From an uncultured Candidatus Entotheonella sp. (lineage in GTDB: Bacteria > Tectomicrobia > Entotheonellia > Entotheonellales > Entotheonellaceae): a DNA stretch of 64,000 nucleotides. Location: contig CBDCDA010000001.1 of assembly GCA_965215335.1 (NCBI GenBank), positions 160,001 to 224,000 of the forward strand. Direction: 5' to 3'. Positions 21,206-31,360 of the stretch are shown piece after piece (positions within the stretch are counted from its first letter, which is position 1; the number at the start of each line of letters is the position of its first letter). The position numbers were made by a program, and so were the translations under genes. The notes below the pieces were generated by a model. The model saw nothing but the letters and a program-made list of their open reading frames with translations. It searched no databases and was not told where the DNA came from.

Positions 21206-23419
21206 TTACGCGGAAAGCTCGGCCAGCGTCTGCAGCAGGGCGACGGCATCGGCCGTCGCTGGCAAGACGAACTGCGCCCTGGAGAACCCCGTTCCCGTCT
21301 TGACCGTCCATTGTTCCGGTGGAACCACCTCGAAAAGTGCCTCGTCGGCGTGCTGGCCGCCGAGGGCGATGATGAAATCCGCCCCGGTGGCGGTGATGAT
21401 CTGCGCGCCGACCATGCCCTTGTGAATCTCGGCCCACTTGATCTCGACCAGCTTGTTGCCCCTGTGCGCCTGAAGCCCGCTGCCGGACAGCAAGGCTTGC
21501 AATTGGCCGTAGAGTTCGTGTGCCTGCCACAGGCCGAATTCGGGGTCGGCAAGATGATACTGCCAGCCGAGCGAATGACCCCGTTCTTCCAGCGCGGAGC
21601 CGGGGGTACGCGCCATCGCCTCCTCCAGAATCGGTCGCACCGTGGTCTTCCAGTCATCGTCCAGATCCGCCCGGGTGCGTCGCCAGGGCACCTGCGGGCC
21701 TTCACGAATCCAGCCGCCCTCCTCGGCCACCAGAACGGCGCCGCACGAACCGAACCAGTTCTCCATGGTGTCTCGGTCCTGCCCACTCAAGACCGCCATC
21801 GTATTGCGCGCGTCCTGGCTCAGGGCCTGCAGGGCCTGCAGCAGATCGGCATCCGGTGCGGTGCGGTACCAGCGTTCCACGGACGAGGCCGGGGCACCGT
21901 CATATCCCAGCAGCAGGATACGCTTTCCCGCCTTGGCGTAGGCGACGAGCAGCCGCCGCTGCGCGGCATCGTTCAGCGCACGTGGCGTGCGCTGTGTCTG
22001 CACGCTCGTCAACTCGTCCAGGAATTTCTGCGCCCAGGCGTGCACCGTGTGGGCACAAACGCGCCGGTGCAAGGCACCCATCCGGTCGGCCAGCGCCTCG
22101 TCGGAGGACGACAGCACTTCATGCATACGCGCCGCCATGCCCTCGGTGTCGTAGGGATTGACGAAGAACGCCTCGCCCAGCTCCGACGAGGCCCCGGCGA
22201 ACTCGCTGAGAATCAGCGCCCCGGCGCGCTCCGTCTGACACACGGCGTATTCCTTGGCGACCAGATTCATGCCGTCGCGCAGCGGCGTCACCAGCGCAAC
22301 GTCAGCGCGTCGCAGCAGGGCGCAAATCTCGGCAAACGGCAGGTTGCGGTGCACGTATTGGACCGGCGTCCAGGTGGTGGTGCCGTAGGTGCCGTTGATC
22401 TCGCCGACCAACTCGTCCACCTGCCGCCGCAAGTCCTGATAGGCCGTCACCTGCTCGCGTGACGGCACGGCCACTTGCACCAGGGTCACCGCCTCGCGCC
22501 ACTCGGGGTGCGCCCCGAGCAGCCGTTGATAGGCGCGCAGGCGGCCGGGAATGCCCTTGGAATAATCCAGCCGGTCCATGCCCAGGATGACCTTGCGGTC
22601 ACCCATCGCCTCATCCAGCCGCCGGAACTCCTCGAGCGCGTCGGCGTCCGAATGCAGCGCCTCGAGGAACTGTTCGGGATCGACGCTGATCGGATGCACC
22701 GCGCAACGCACCGGGCGTCCTTCATAGCTCAAGGCGTTCATCTCGGCGGCGATGCCCAACACCCGATAGACGGAGTACAGAAAGTTCTGCAGGTTGTTGA
22801 ACGTCTGGAAACCCACCACGTCGGCACCCAGCAGACCGCGCAACAGGGCCTCGCGGCAGGGCAGCACGCGGAAGAGTTCGGAAGGCGGGAAGGGGGTGTG
22901 CAGGAAGAAGCCGATTCTGGCCTCGGGGAATCGTTCGCGCAGCATTTCGGGCAGCAGGAACAGGTGGTAATCGTGCACCCAGATCAACTCGTCGCCATGC
23001 ACCTCCTCGGCCACCGCGTCGCAGAACAGTCGATTGACCTCGACGTAGGCTTCCCAGTCGTCATCGTCATAGACCACGTGCGCTTCGAAGAAGTGGCACA
23101 GCGGCCACAGCGCGCCGTTGCTGAATCCGTAGTAATACCGCTGGACCTGATCGTCGGTAAGGTAAACGGGGGAGAAGCGATACGTGTCGCGCAGCAGACG
23201 GGTCAGCCGACGGCGGTCGGAAGCCGACTCGTAACCGCTGCCGGGCCAGCCGAGCCACAGGCTGTCGCGCGTCGCATGCGGGTGGGAGAGCGCGGTTGCC
23301 AAACCACCGGAACTCCGCTCGACGGTGAATTCGTCGCCGTCCTGGTGGATGGTCACCGGCAGGCGATTCGAGACGATCAGGAGTCGGGGCGCCGCTGCCG
23401 TGTCGTCAGCCTGGGACAT
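21206..23419 (-). CDS. otsA: Trehalose-6-phosphate synthase fused to a degenerate HAD phosphatase domain
   Basis: VSNRLP, WVHDYHL, FFLHTPFP, DRLDYSKG, RDGMNLVAKEY, SEFAGA; C-terminal TPP-like domain. Confidence 0.9.
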   Translation of the reverse strand: MSQADDTAAAPRLLIVSNRLPVTIHQDGDEFTVERSSGGLATALSHPHATRDSLWLGWPGSGYESASDRRRLTRLLRDTYRFSPVYLTDDQVQRYYYGFSNGALWPLCHFFEAHVVYDDDDWEAYVEVNRLFCDAVAEEVHGDELIWVHDYHLFLLPEMLRERFPEARIGFFLHTPFPPSELFRVLPCREALLRGLLGADVVGFQTFNNLQNFLYSVYRVLGIAAEMNALSYEGRPVRCAVHPISVDPEQFLEALHSDADALEEFRRLDEAMGDRKVILGMDRLDYSKGIPGRLRAYQRLLGAHPEWREAVTLVQVAVPSREQVTAYQDLRRQVDELVGEINGTYGTTTWTPVQYVHRNLPFAEICALLRRADVALVTPLRDGMNLVAKEYAVCQTERAGALILSEFAGASSELGEAFFVNPYDTEGMAARMHEVLSSSDEALADRMGALHRRVCAHTVHAWAQKFLDELTSVQTQRTPRALNDAAQRRLLVAYAKAGKRILLLGYDGAPASSVERWYRTAPDADLLQALQALSQDARNTMAVLSGQDRDTMENWFGSCGAVLVAEEGGWIREGPQVPWRRTRADLDDDWKTTVRPILEEAMARTPGSALEERGHSLGWQYHLADPEFGLWQAHELYGQLQALLSGSGLQAHRGNKLVEIKWAEIHKGMVGAQIITATGADFIIALGGQHADEALFEVVPPEQWTVKTGTGFSRAQFVLPATADAVALLQTLAELSA

Positions 23420-23490
23420 GATGTCGCTCTTTCCACAAACCCGCCACGCTGCGCAGGATACCGGGCGGCGTCTACGGTTGACGATGGTTG

Positions 23491-24594
23491 TCAGTTTTCC
23501 GGCATTTCGCCCAGGGCCAATTCGACCATGCGCCGCTGCTGCTGGCGGAGAAACTCGATCCGCACCGTCTTGCCGACCGGGCTGGCTGCAACCGCCGTTT
23601 GCAGGTCGAAGGGGGAGTTCACCGCGCGGCCGTCGAAGCCAATGATGATGTCGCCGATGGCGAGGCCGGCCTGCTGTGCGGGCTGGTCCTTCAACACCTC
23701 ATGTACATAAGCACCACGCGGCGACTCGAGCCCCAGACGGATGATCTTGTCGCGGTCGAGCGGGTCAATGCGCACGCCCAGGTAGGCGCGCTTCACACGG
23801 CCATAGTCATGAAGCTGTGGCAGGGAGGCTTTGACGGCGTTGACCGGAATGGCAAAACCCATGGCGCCGCGCCCGATGGTGGCGGTGTTCACACCGACCA
23901 CCTCGCCGTGCATGTTGACGAGTGGCCCACCGCTGTTACCCGTCGTGATGGGAGCATCCGTTTGCAGGTAGCCACCGACCGCGCTGGAGCGCAGGAAATT
24001 GCGCCGCTTGGCGCTGACGATCCCGAACGTCACCGAGTGCTCAAAGCCGAACGGACTGCCGATAGCCACCACAAGCTCGCCGACCCGCAGCGCCTCCGAA
24101 TCCCCCAGCGGCACAACGGGCAGCGGGGTTGCGGCTTCGATCTGCAACAGCGCCATGTCGCCAATGGTGTCGCGGCCCAGCACCCTGGCCCGGGTCTGGG
24201 TGCCGTCAAAAAGTCGGACGTGGATTTCTTCCTTGTCTCCCACCACGTGCTGGTTGGTGATCGCCAGCCCGTCGGCCTTGATGATAAAACCGCTGCCGGT
24301 GATGGGGGCGCTGGGGTCCGGCACCGGTGGGTGGTTGCGCGGCATGGGAGCAGCACCCTTGTCGCTGCGTACCTGCAGGCTGATGACGGCCGGCAGCACC
24401 CGCGCGGTCAGGTCCAGCAAGGCGTCATTCAACTGCTGCAAGGCCGGCAGGGCCGCTTGGCCGGGGGCCTGCTCGGTCCACAGCCGTTGGGCTTCCACGC
24501 CGGCGACGCTGGTTACCAGAAACGCGAGGGCGATCAGCAGGAGACCGGTACGACGGACCACACGGCAGGCGTTGAGCTTACGATGAGTCAACAC
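23491..24594 (-). CDS. HtrA/DegP-family serine protease with one PDZ domain
   Basis: GSGFII, TNQHVV, DMALL, TGNSGGPL, C-terminal PDZ. Confidence 0.92.
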   Translation of the reverse strand: MLTHRKLNACRVVRRTGLLLIALAFLVTSVAGVEAQRLWTEQAPGQAALPALQQLNDALLDLTARVLPAVISLQVRSDKGAAPMPRNHPPVPDPSAPITGSGFIIKADGLAITNQHVVGDKEEIHVRLFDGTQTRARVLGRDTIGDMALLQIEAATPLPVVPLGDSEALRVGELVVAIGSPFGFEHSVTFGIVSAKRRNFLRSSAVGGYLQTDAPITTGNSGGPLVNMHGEVVGVNTATIGRGAMGFAIPVNAVKASLPQLHDYGRVKRAYLGVRIDPLDRDKIIRLGLESPRGAYVHEVLKDQPAQQAGLAIGDIIIGFDGRAVNSPFDLQTAVAASPVGKTVRIEFLRQQQRRMVELALGEMPEN

Positions 24595-24668
24595 GATGAA
24601 CCTCCTGACGCAACGCCAACAACGAACTCCGAAACACGACTGACGGCCCGTGCTCCTGGTCGGGTCGT

Positions 24669-26249
24669 CTAGATAATGATGCGTGGCTCCCTGCCCGGGT
24701 CAGGCGCCGCGCCGGTGGACGGTGTGGGGAACGGCATGACGATGCGGTTCCCCGGCCGCTTCTTGGCGCCTTCCAGGCTACGCTCCAGCAACGCCCCGGC
24801 GAAGGGATTGAGACGCAAGCGGTCCGGATCGTCAGTGCGCAAAGACTCCGCCGCTGCCAAAGCCCACAGAGCCTCGCGGCGCCGGTCCGTTTGCAGGAAG
24901 CAATAAGCCGTTTCCTCCAAGCGCAAACGCATGACGGCGCGCGCTTCTTCCCCCAGCACCTCCTGCATGGCGCTCTCGAAGACGCGGTCGATGCGTTCCC
25001 GCCGCATCGCCTCGCTGACCACGATCTTGCTCCCGTCGATCTCTGCCAAGGCGTCGCCGTACGTCTGCACCACCGACTCCGGCAGGGTCCAGCCGGCCAG
25101 TTCCGGCAGTTCCAGCAGGTCGCTGGCGTGGGCGTCTTGCGCCTTGGCCATTTCCAATTCTGCCGGGCTGAGCGCCTCGTAGATCGCACCGGTTTCCGGC
25201 ATCGTCTCCGGCTCACCGATGAGGTCGCGCAGCATGAAGAATTCCTCCGGCACGGGCGTACGCGTGGCGAGGTTCATCTGTCGCACCAGAGCGATCTGAC
25301 GCTGGCAGTGGGCGGGCTCCAGATCGATAAGCGGCGCCTGCACCGAGTCGAGCATCTCGGGCAATTCGCGGCGGCTCATCTGGAGCGCCCTGGCGAAGCG
25401 AACACCCGTGCCGTAGTTGAGCACCAGGTAGGCGATCTGATGGCTCCCGCCCGCCCGGCTACGGATCATCAGGATCATGCGGTCCCCGGCGCCGTCGATG
25501 AAACTCGCCAGGCAGCGTTCCAGGCGACTCGCGGCGGCGCCGAGCACAACGTGACGCGGGGCCTGATTTTCCTTGAAGACGACGCCCAGCGACTTGAGGC
25601 GATGCAGGGCTTTCCTGACGGCCTTTTGCAGGGATCTGGAAGGGGAATCCGAGAGCATGTCCATCAGCATCATGGCGCTGCCGGTCAGCGGGATGGCGGC
25701 CAGTCCGTCCACCAGTGCCGGCAAATCCGCTGTCTCGACCTCCGGCCGCACCGTGCGCAGGACCGCAAGACCCCGTACCAGATCGCCCAGGGCCGCCTGC
25801 CGCGCCACGTCCACCGCCAAGGCCAGGGGCAGGACCCGCACCGTGGCGTCCAGCGGCGCGGTCAGCGTCTCGTCTTCGCCAAGCTCCGGCGGCTCGTCCG
25901 CACCCAGTTGCCGTACCACCTCGGCCGCTCGTCGCAGCGCCTCGAGGTAATCGACGTCGACCGGACACCCCAGGGCTTCGAGGACCTCGAGCGCCTCGAC
26001 TCGCACCGCCAAGGGCGCCTCGGAACCACGGCTCCAGCGTTCCAGCAATGGGGCCAGATCAGTCGCCTCGTCAGTCCGCACGGCTGCCAGGACAACCCGT
26101 TGCTGCCCTTCGTCGAGTCGCCGGAACCGCTGCGCGATGAACTTGTCGAAATCCGCGTACTCCCGGCGCAAACGCCCCACGTCGGCCTCGGCCTCCGCAG
26201 CCAAGGCCGCAATGCGTTGCGCCAGGGAAAGTTTGACCACGCTGTTCAC
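24669..26249 (-). CDS. Hypothetical helical protein
   Basis: Long ORF, GTG start after AAGGA; KAVRKALHRLKSLGV and SFIDGAGDR blocks; no function recognised. Confidence 0.75.
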   Translation of the reverse strand: MNSVVKLSLAQRIAALAAEAEADVGRLRREYADFDKFIAQRFRRLDEGQQRVVLAAVRTDEATDLAPLLERWSRGSEAPLAVRVEALEVLEALGCPVDVDYLEALRRAAEVVRQLGADEPPELGEDETLTAPLDATVRVLPLALAVDVARQAALGDLVRGLAVLRTVRPEVETADLPALVDGLAAIPLTGSAMMLMDMLSDSPSRSLQKAVRKALHRLKSLGVVFKENQAPRHVVLGAAASRLERCLASFIDGAGDRMILMIRSRAGGSHQIAYLVLNYGTGVRFARALQMSRRELPEMLDSVQAPLIDLEPAHCQRQIALVRQMNLATRTPVPEEFFMLRDLIGEPETMPETGAIYEALSPAELEMAKAQDAHASDLLELPELAGWTLPESVVQTYGDALAEIDGSKIVVSEAMRRERIDRVFESAMQEVLGEEARAVMRLRLEETAYCFLQTDRRREALWALAAAESLRTDDPDRLRLNPFAGALLERSLEGAKKRPGNRIVMPFPTPSTGAAPDPGREPRIII

Positions 26250-26358
26250 CTTGCTGTCCTTAATGGATTGCGTCGGGCGAAGGCGAAAACTGCCGGAGGG
26301 TCTTTTGCCTTTTGCCAAGTGGTGGTTTATAGTGGGCGGGATCACAACCTATGGGGAA

Positions 26359-26431
<73 letters not shown>

Positions 26432-26542
26432 GGCAAAACAAGGGTTGTATCCTAAGTCGACTGGTCTGACTCGTCAAGGAAGATTTTATCCGAGGCTCTC
26501 CATGCCGGCTCGGGATTCCTCATCGGGAAGGGAGCTCAGCGC

Positions 26543-26731
26543 ATGGTAATACCGTTGTTCGTCAGTGGTCTGATCATCGGATTTCTCATCGGGGTGTTTT
26601 CCTGCTACACCCTCATCCAATGGCTAAGCCGTCAGCGCGTGCGCGGGAGAAAGCGCGAAGTCGATCTTCTGACCGATCAGTTTCAGGAACTCTTCCGGAA
26701 GATTGACCAGGACAAGAATCAGAACGCGTGA
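26543..26731 (+). CDS. Small membrane protein
   Basis: N-terminal TM helix, basic stretch, GGAG RBS. Confidence 0.55.
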   Translation: MVIPLFVSGLIIGFLIGVFSCYTLIQWLSRQRVRGRKREVDLLTDQFQELFRKIDQDKNQNA

Positions 26732-26749
26732 ACCCACGGAGAAGGACCC

Positions 26750-27535
26750 ATGACCGAACCCACCGGCCGCCGACGGCCGACGCGGGTAGCCCTGTTCGTA
26801 ACCTGTCTGGGCGACGCTTTCTACCCGCAAGTGGGGGAAGCTGCCGTACGCCTGCTGCGCCGTCTGGGAATTGTCGTCGATTTTCCCCTTGGCCAGACCT
26901 GTTGCGCCCAGCCCGCCTTCAATGCCGGCTTTCATCACCAGGCCCGCCAGGTCGCGCAACGCAATCTCGCCCTCTTTGCCGACCATGAATACGTCGTCGT
27001 CCCTTCGGGTTCCTGCACGGCGATGATCCGTCTGTTTTATCCCGACCTGTTTGCCGAAGACCCTCGCCTGCGCCAGCAGGCCGAGTCGCTGGCCGCGCGC
27101 ACCTACGAATTGTCGGAGTTTCTGTTCAACATCGTCGGCACCGACGACGTTGGCGCGGTGTTTACGGGCAAGGTGGCCTATCACGCCTCTTGCCACTTGC
27201 AGCGCGAGCTCGGCGTCACGGAAGCGCCGCGGCGGCTGCTCTCGCGAGTCGTCGGCGTCGAGGCGTGCGACGCCGAGATGTCGGAGCAGTGCTGCGGCTT
27301 CGGCGGCACGTTCGCGGTGAAGTACCCGGAGATTTCCAGCGCCATGCTCGAGAAAAAGATCGCCAGTCTGCAGCGCGCCGGGGCCGATACGCTGGTGTCC
27401 TGCGACGCCGGCTGCCTGATGCACATCGCCGGACGGCTCCGGCGGCAGGGGATGAACGTGCGGGTCATGCACCTCGCCGAATTGCTGAACACCGGCCACA
27501 ACGCCGAGGAGCCGCACCATGCATCTGGGAACTGA
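26750..27535 (+). CDS. lutA: L-lactate utilisation Fe-S protein A
   Basis: FVTCL, QTCCAQP, SGSC, YHASCH, CCGFGGTF (CCG domains). Confidence 0.9.
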   Translation: MTEPTGRRRPTRVALFVTCLGDAFYPQVGEAAVRLLRRLGIVVDFPLGQTCCAQPAFNAGFHHQARQVAQRNLALFADHEYVVVPSGSCTAMIRLFYPDLFAEDPRLRQQAESLAARTYELSEFLFNIVGTDDVGAVFTGKVAYHASCHLQRELGVTEAPRRLLSRVVGVEACDAEMSEQCCGFGGTFAVKYPEISSAMLEKKIASLQRAGADTLVSCDAGCLMHIAGRLRRQGMNVRVMHLAELLNTGHNAEEPHHASGN

Positions 27536-28964
27536 GGGCTTTCAGGACCACGCCAGACAGGCCTTGCAAGACGAGCCGCTGCAAAAAGCCCTGCACCTCC
27601 TGACCACCGAATTCGTGCCGCGGCGCGTGGCGGCCATGCAGGCGCTCGGCGATCCCGAGGCACTGCGCACCCGGGCGCGCGCGGTCAAGGAACGGGCGAT
27701 TGCGCAGCTCGACACGTATCTGGAACGCTTCGCCGACAACCTGGACAGGCTGGGCGCCCACGTGCATTGGGCGCACGACGCCGCCGAGGCGCGCGACGTC
27801 ATCACCCGCATTGCCCGGCAGGCGGACGCCAAGGTCATCGTCAAGGGCAAGTCGATGGCTGCCGAGGAGATTCATCTCAATCCGCACCTGGAAGAACTGG
27901 GATACGAGGTCCTGGAGACCGACCTCGGTGAATACATCATCCAGCTCGCCGAGGAGACGCCGTCGCACATCATCGCGCCCGCCATTCACAAGACCCGCCA
28001 ACAGATCGCATCGTTGCTGCACGACAAGCTCGGCGACCCATACACCGAAGAACTGCCCGGCATGACGCAGATCGCCCGCCGCGCCCTGCGCCGGCAGTTT
28101 TTGCGTGCCGACGTGGGCATCACGGGCGTCAATTTCGCCATCGCCGACACCGGCTCGATCGTCCTGGTGACCAATGAGGGCAACGGGCGGTTGTCGTCCA
28201 CCCTGCCGCGGGTGCACATCGCACTGATGGGCATGGAGAAGATCATCCCGCGGCTCGACGACCTGCCGGTGATGCTGAAGGTGCTGACGAACAGCGCCAC
28301 CGGCCAGAAGATATCCAGCTACGTCACCATGATTACCGGACCGCGGCGGGCGCACGACCTCGACGGTCCCGAGGAACTGCACGTGGTCGTCATGGACAAC
28401 GGGCGCTCCGACATCCTGGGAAGCGAGAACCGTGAGGCGCTCTACTGCCTGCGCTGCGGCGCCTGCCTCAACGTCTGCCCGATCTATCAAAACATCGGCG
28501 GCCACGCCTACGGCTGGGTGTATCCCGGCCCGATCGGCGCCGTGCTGACCCCGCTGTTCACCGGTCTGGACACGGCCAGGCATCTGCCGCGCGCCAGCAC
28601 GCTGTGCGGCGCCTGCCGCGAGGCGTGTCCGGTCAAGATCGACATCCCCCACATGCTGCTGAACCTGCGGCGCCAGAGCGTCAGGCGCGGCGACGCGCCG
28701 GCCGCCGAGGGGCGGCTGTTTTCGTTGTGGGCGTGGGTCATGCGGCGACCGGGGCTGTACCGGCTGGCGCTGCGGCTGGCGCGGCTGGGCCAGATGCCCT
28801 TCGCGCGGCGTGGCTGGTTGGGGAGGCTGCCACCGCCGTTCCACAACTGGACGCAGGCGCGCGACTTCAAGGCGATTGCGCCGAAGTCGTTCCGGGATCG
28901 TTGGCAGGCCACCCTGCAGTACGAGCAGCCCGGCCGCAAGGGTGCAGGTGGAAGGGCATCATGA
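27519..28964 (+). CDS. lutB: L-lactate utilisation Fe-S protein B
   Basis: ETDLGEYI, TNEGNG, CLRCGACLNVCP, STLCGAC..ACPVKI. Confidence 0.93.
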   Translation: MHLGTEGFQDHARQALQDEPLQKALHLLTTEFVPRRVAAMQALGDPEALRTRARAVKERAIAQLDTYLERFADNLDRLGAHVHWAHDAAEARDVITRIARQADAKVIVKGKSMAAEEIHLNPHLEELGYEVLETDLGEYIIQLAEETPSHIIAPAIHKTRQQIASLLHDKLGDPYTEELPGMTQIARRALRRQFLRADVGITGVNFAIADTGSIVLVTNEGNGRLSSTLPRVHIALMGMEKIIPRLDDLPVMLKVLTNSATGQKISSYVTMITGPRRAHDLDGPEELHVVVMDNGRSDILGSENREALYCLRCGACLNVCPIYQNIGGHAYGWVYPGPIGAVLTPLFTGLDTARHLPRASTLCGACREACPVKIDIPHMLLNLRRQSVRRGDAPAAEGRLFSLWAWVMRRPGLYRLALRLARLGQMPFARRGWLGRLPPPFHNWTQARDFKAIAPKSFRDRWQATLQYEQPGRKGAGGRAS

Positions 28965-29683
28965 GTAGCCGGGAGGCCTTTCTGGCGCGGGTGCGGCAGG
29001 CCCTGCGGACGGAAAGACAACCCCACCCTGCGGGAGCGGCATCCCCGGAGCACGGGGAGGCCGTTTCCCTGGCGACGGAAGGGGAGGACCTGGCCGCCCG
29101 TCTGCAACGCGAACTGGAAGGCGTCGGCGGCAGCGTGGCGCGGGTCCGGCACGTGGCGGAGGCGGCGCAATACATTGCCCGCCTGGCGCGGGAGAAGGGC
29201 GCCGAAGTCGTGGTGCGCTGGCAGTCGGATTTGCTGGATACGCTGGAGATCGACGACGCGCTCGAGGCCGGCGGCGCCAACGTGCACACCGCTTCGCCAA
29301 TGGGCGAAGCGGAGGTAGCCGGCCGCCGTCAGGAGCTACGCGATTTGCTGGCCCGCGCCGACCTGGGCCTTTCGGGCGTGGATGCCGTCATTGCTGAAAC
29401 GGGCACCCTGATGCTGACCGCACAGCCCGGCCAGATGCGCGGCGTGTCGCTCCTGCCGCCCGTGCACGTCGCCGTCGCCCGCACCGACCAGGTGGTAGCC
29501 ACCTTCGCCGATGCTCTGCGTGCCGTCCGGCAGACGGGCGAGGACATGCAGCAGAACCTCACCAGTTGCATCTCGTTCGTCACCGGCCCCAGTCGCACCG
29601 GCGACATCGAGCTCAAGCTCACCGTCGGCGTGCATGGTCCGGGTGAGTTGCACCTCGTCCTGCTGGACGAGCCCGGCACCTGA
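28961..29683 (+). CDS. lutC: L-lactate utilisation protein C
   Basis: MSSREAFLARVR, IAETGT, SLLPPVH, TGPSRTGDIE, GVHGP. Confidence 0.9.
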   Translation: MSSREAFLARVRQALRTERQPHPAGAASPEHGEAVSLATEGEDLAARLQRELEGVGGSVARVRHVAEAAQYIARLAREKGAEVVVRWQSDLLDTLEIDDALEAGGANVHTASPMGEAEVAGRRQELRDLLARADLGLSGVDAVIAETGTLMLTAQPGQMRGVSLLPPVHVAVARTDQVVATFADALRAVRQTGEDMQQNLTSCISFVTGPSRTGDIELKLTVGVHGPGELHLVLLDEPGT

Positions 29684-29890
29684 TTGCCAGGAGGCGATCC
29701 CAACAGACTGGCCGGGCATCAAAGGACCTGACGAAACTGCGGCAGATCCGCAAGAAAGAGACACCCCGCATTGCAGAACACACGCGGCGCCATGGCCGCG
29801 AGAAACAACCCGTACATCCCATTGTTCCTTATCAACACGGTGCCATCATTGCCGCCTCTGAGCGGGACGTGAGCAGAAGGGAGAGGCTTC

Positions 29891-31342
29891 ATGCCGGCAC
29901 GCACGGGGCAGGACTACATCACCGGGTTGCGAGAACAGCCGCGCGAGGTCTGGCTGCGGGGCGAGCGGATCACGGACGTCACCACGCACCCGGCGTTGCG
30001 CCGAGGTGTGCAGGCTGTCGCCGCCCTCTACGACGTGCAATCCCGCGCCGACCTGCGGGACGAAATGACCTACGTGTCACCGGCCACCGGCGACCGGGTG
30101 GGGTACTCCTTCATTATCCCGCAGACCCTGCTCGAACTCCGGCAGCGCGGCAGGATGATGAGGCGCTGGGCGCGCACCGGGTGCGGCATGCTGGGGCGCT
30201 CGCCGGATTTTCTGAACGTCAATTTTGCCGCCTGGGGTGCCGCAGCGGACTATTTCGCCCAGAATCGTCCGCCCTTCAAGACGCACGTGCGGCAGTACTA
30301 CGAGTACATCCGGGAAAACGACCTGACCCTGACCCATGCCCTGATCAACCTGCAACGCCGGCGTACCCCGGGTCAATCCCAGTTGTCCGAGGGTGTGGGG
30401 CTGCGCGTGATGCGGGAGACGGACGCCGGTCTGGTGCTGCAGGGCTCGCGCATTCTGGCGACGCTCGGGCCGATTGCCGATGAAATCGCCGTCTACTCAC
30501 CCCGCTTCGGGGCCGGAAACGCCGCCGGGTCGGAAGCCTACGTGCTCAATTTCGCCATTCCCTGCAGCACGCCGGGGGTCAAATTCCTGTGCCGCGAGAG
30601 TTTCGACATGGGGCGCTCCCGCTTCGACCATCCCCTGGGCTCGCGCTTCGAGGAGATGGACGCCACGGTTTTCTTCGACGACGTGCTCGTGCCCTGGGAA
30701 CGGGTATTCTTGCTGGGGGACGCGGAGTTGCTCAACGACATGCCGCGCGCCACCCATTCGTCGGTACACACGGCCCATCAGGGGGCGGTCAAGAACGTGG
30801 CGAAGAGCGAGTTCGTGCTGGGCGTGGCGCTACTCATGGCGCGCACGCTGGGCTCGGAGGAGCTGCCGCAGGTGAAGGAGCGTCTGGCCGAGCTGATGAC
30901 CTACACGGAGGTCATGAAAGCCTCCCTGCGTGCTGCCGAGGCGGACGCGCGGCGCGACCAGTGGGGGGTGATGTGTCCCGACGAGCTGCCGCTGGAAGCC
31001 ATCCGCACGCTGTTCATGAGCGTCTATCCGCGCATGGTGGAAATCCTGCAACTCCTGGGGGCGAGCAGCTTCATGGCCCTGCCGTCTGAAGCGGATTTCG
31101 AGACGCCGCTGGGCGCGGAAATCGAGCGGTATCTGGCTACCGATACGGCCTCCGCTCGGGAGCGGGTCCAGCTGTTCCACCTGGCGTGGGACGTCGCCTG
31201 CAGCGCGTTTGGGGGACGGCAGGTGCTCTACGAGCGGTTTTTCGCCGGCGACCCGCTGGCCCGCGCCGGTTTCCTGTACGGTCTGTATCCCAAAGAGCCG
31301 TTGATGGAGCGTATCCGAGAGTTTCTTGGTCGGGATGAGTAA
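29891..31342 (+). CDS. hpaB: 4-hydroxyphenylacetate 3-monooxygenase-like oxygenase component
   Basis: GRSPDF, FDHPLGSRFEEMDA, FDDVLVPWERVF, RQVLYERFF; substrate not certain. Confidence 0.85.
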   Translation: MPARTGQDYITGLREQPREVWLRGERITDVTTHPALRRGVQAVAALYDVQSRADLRDEMTYVSPATGDRVGYSFIIPQTLLELRQRGRMMRRWARTGCGMLGRSPDFLNVNFAAWGAAADYFAQNRPPFKTHVRQYYEYIRENDLTLTHALINLQRRRTPGQSQLSEGVGLRVMRETDAGLVLQGSRILATLGPIADEIAVYSPRFGAGNAAGSEAYVLNFAIPCSTPGVKFLCRESFDMGRSRFDHPLGSRFEEMDATVFFDDVLVPWERVFLLGDAELLNDMPRATHSSVHTAHQGAVKNVAKSEFVLGVALLMARTLGSEELPQVKERLAELMTYTEVMKASLRAAEADARRDQWGVMCPDELPLEAIRTLFMSVYPRMVEILQLLGASSFMALPSEADFETPLGAEIERYLATDTASARERVQLFHLAWDVACSAFGGRQVLYERFFAGDPLARAGFLYGLYPKEPLMERIREFLGRDE

Positions 31343-31360
31343 CGCAACAAGGAGGCACAC

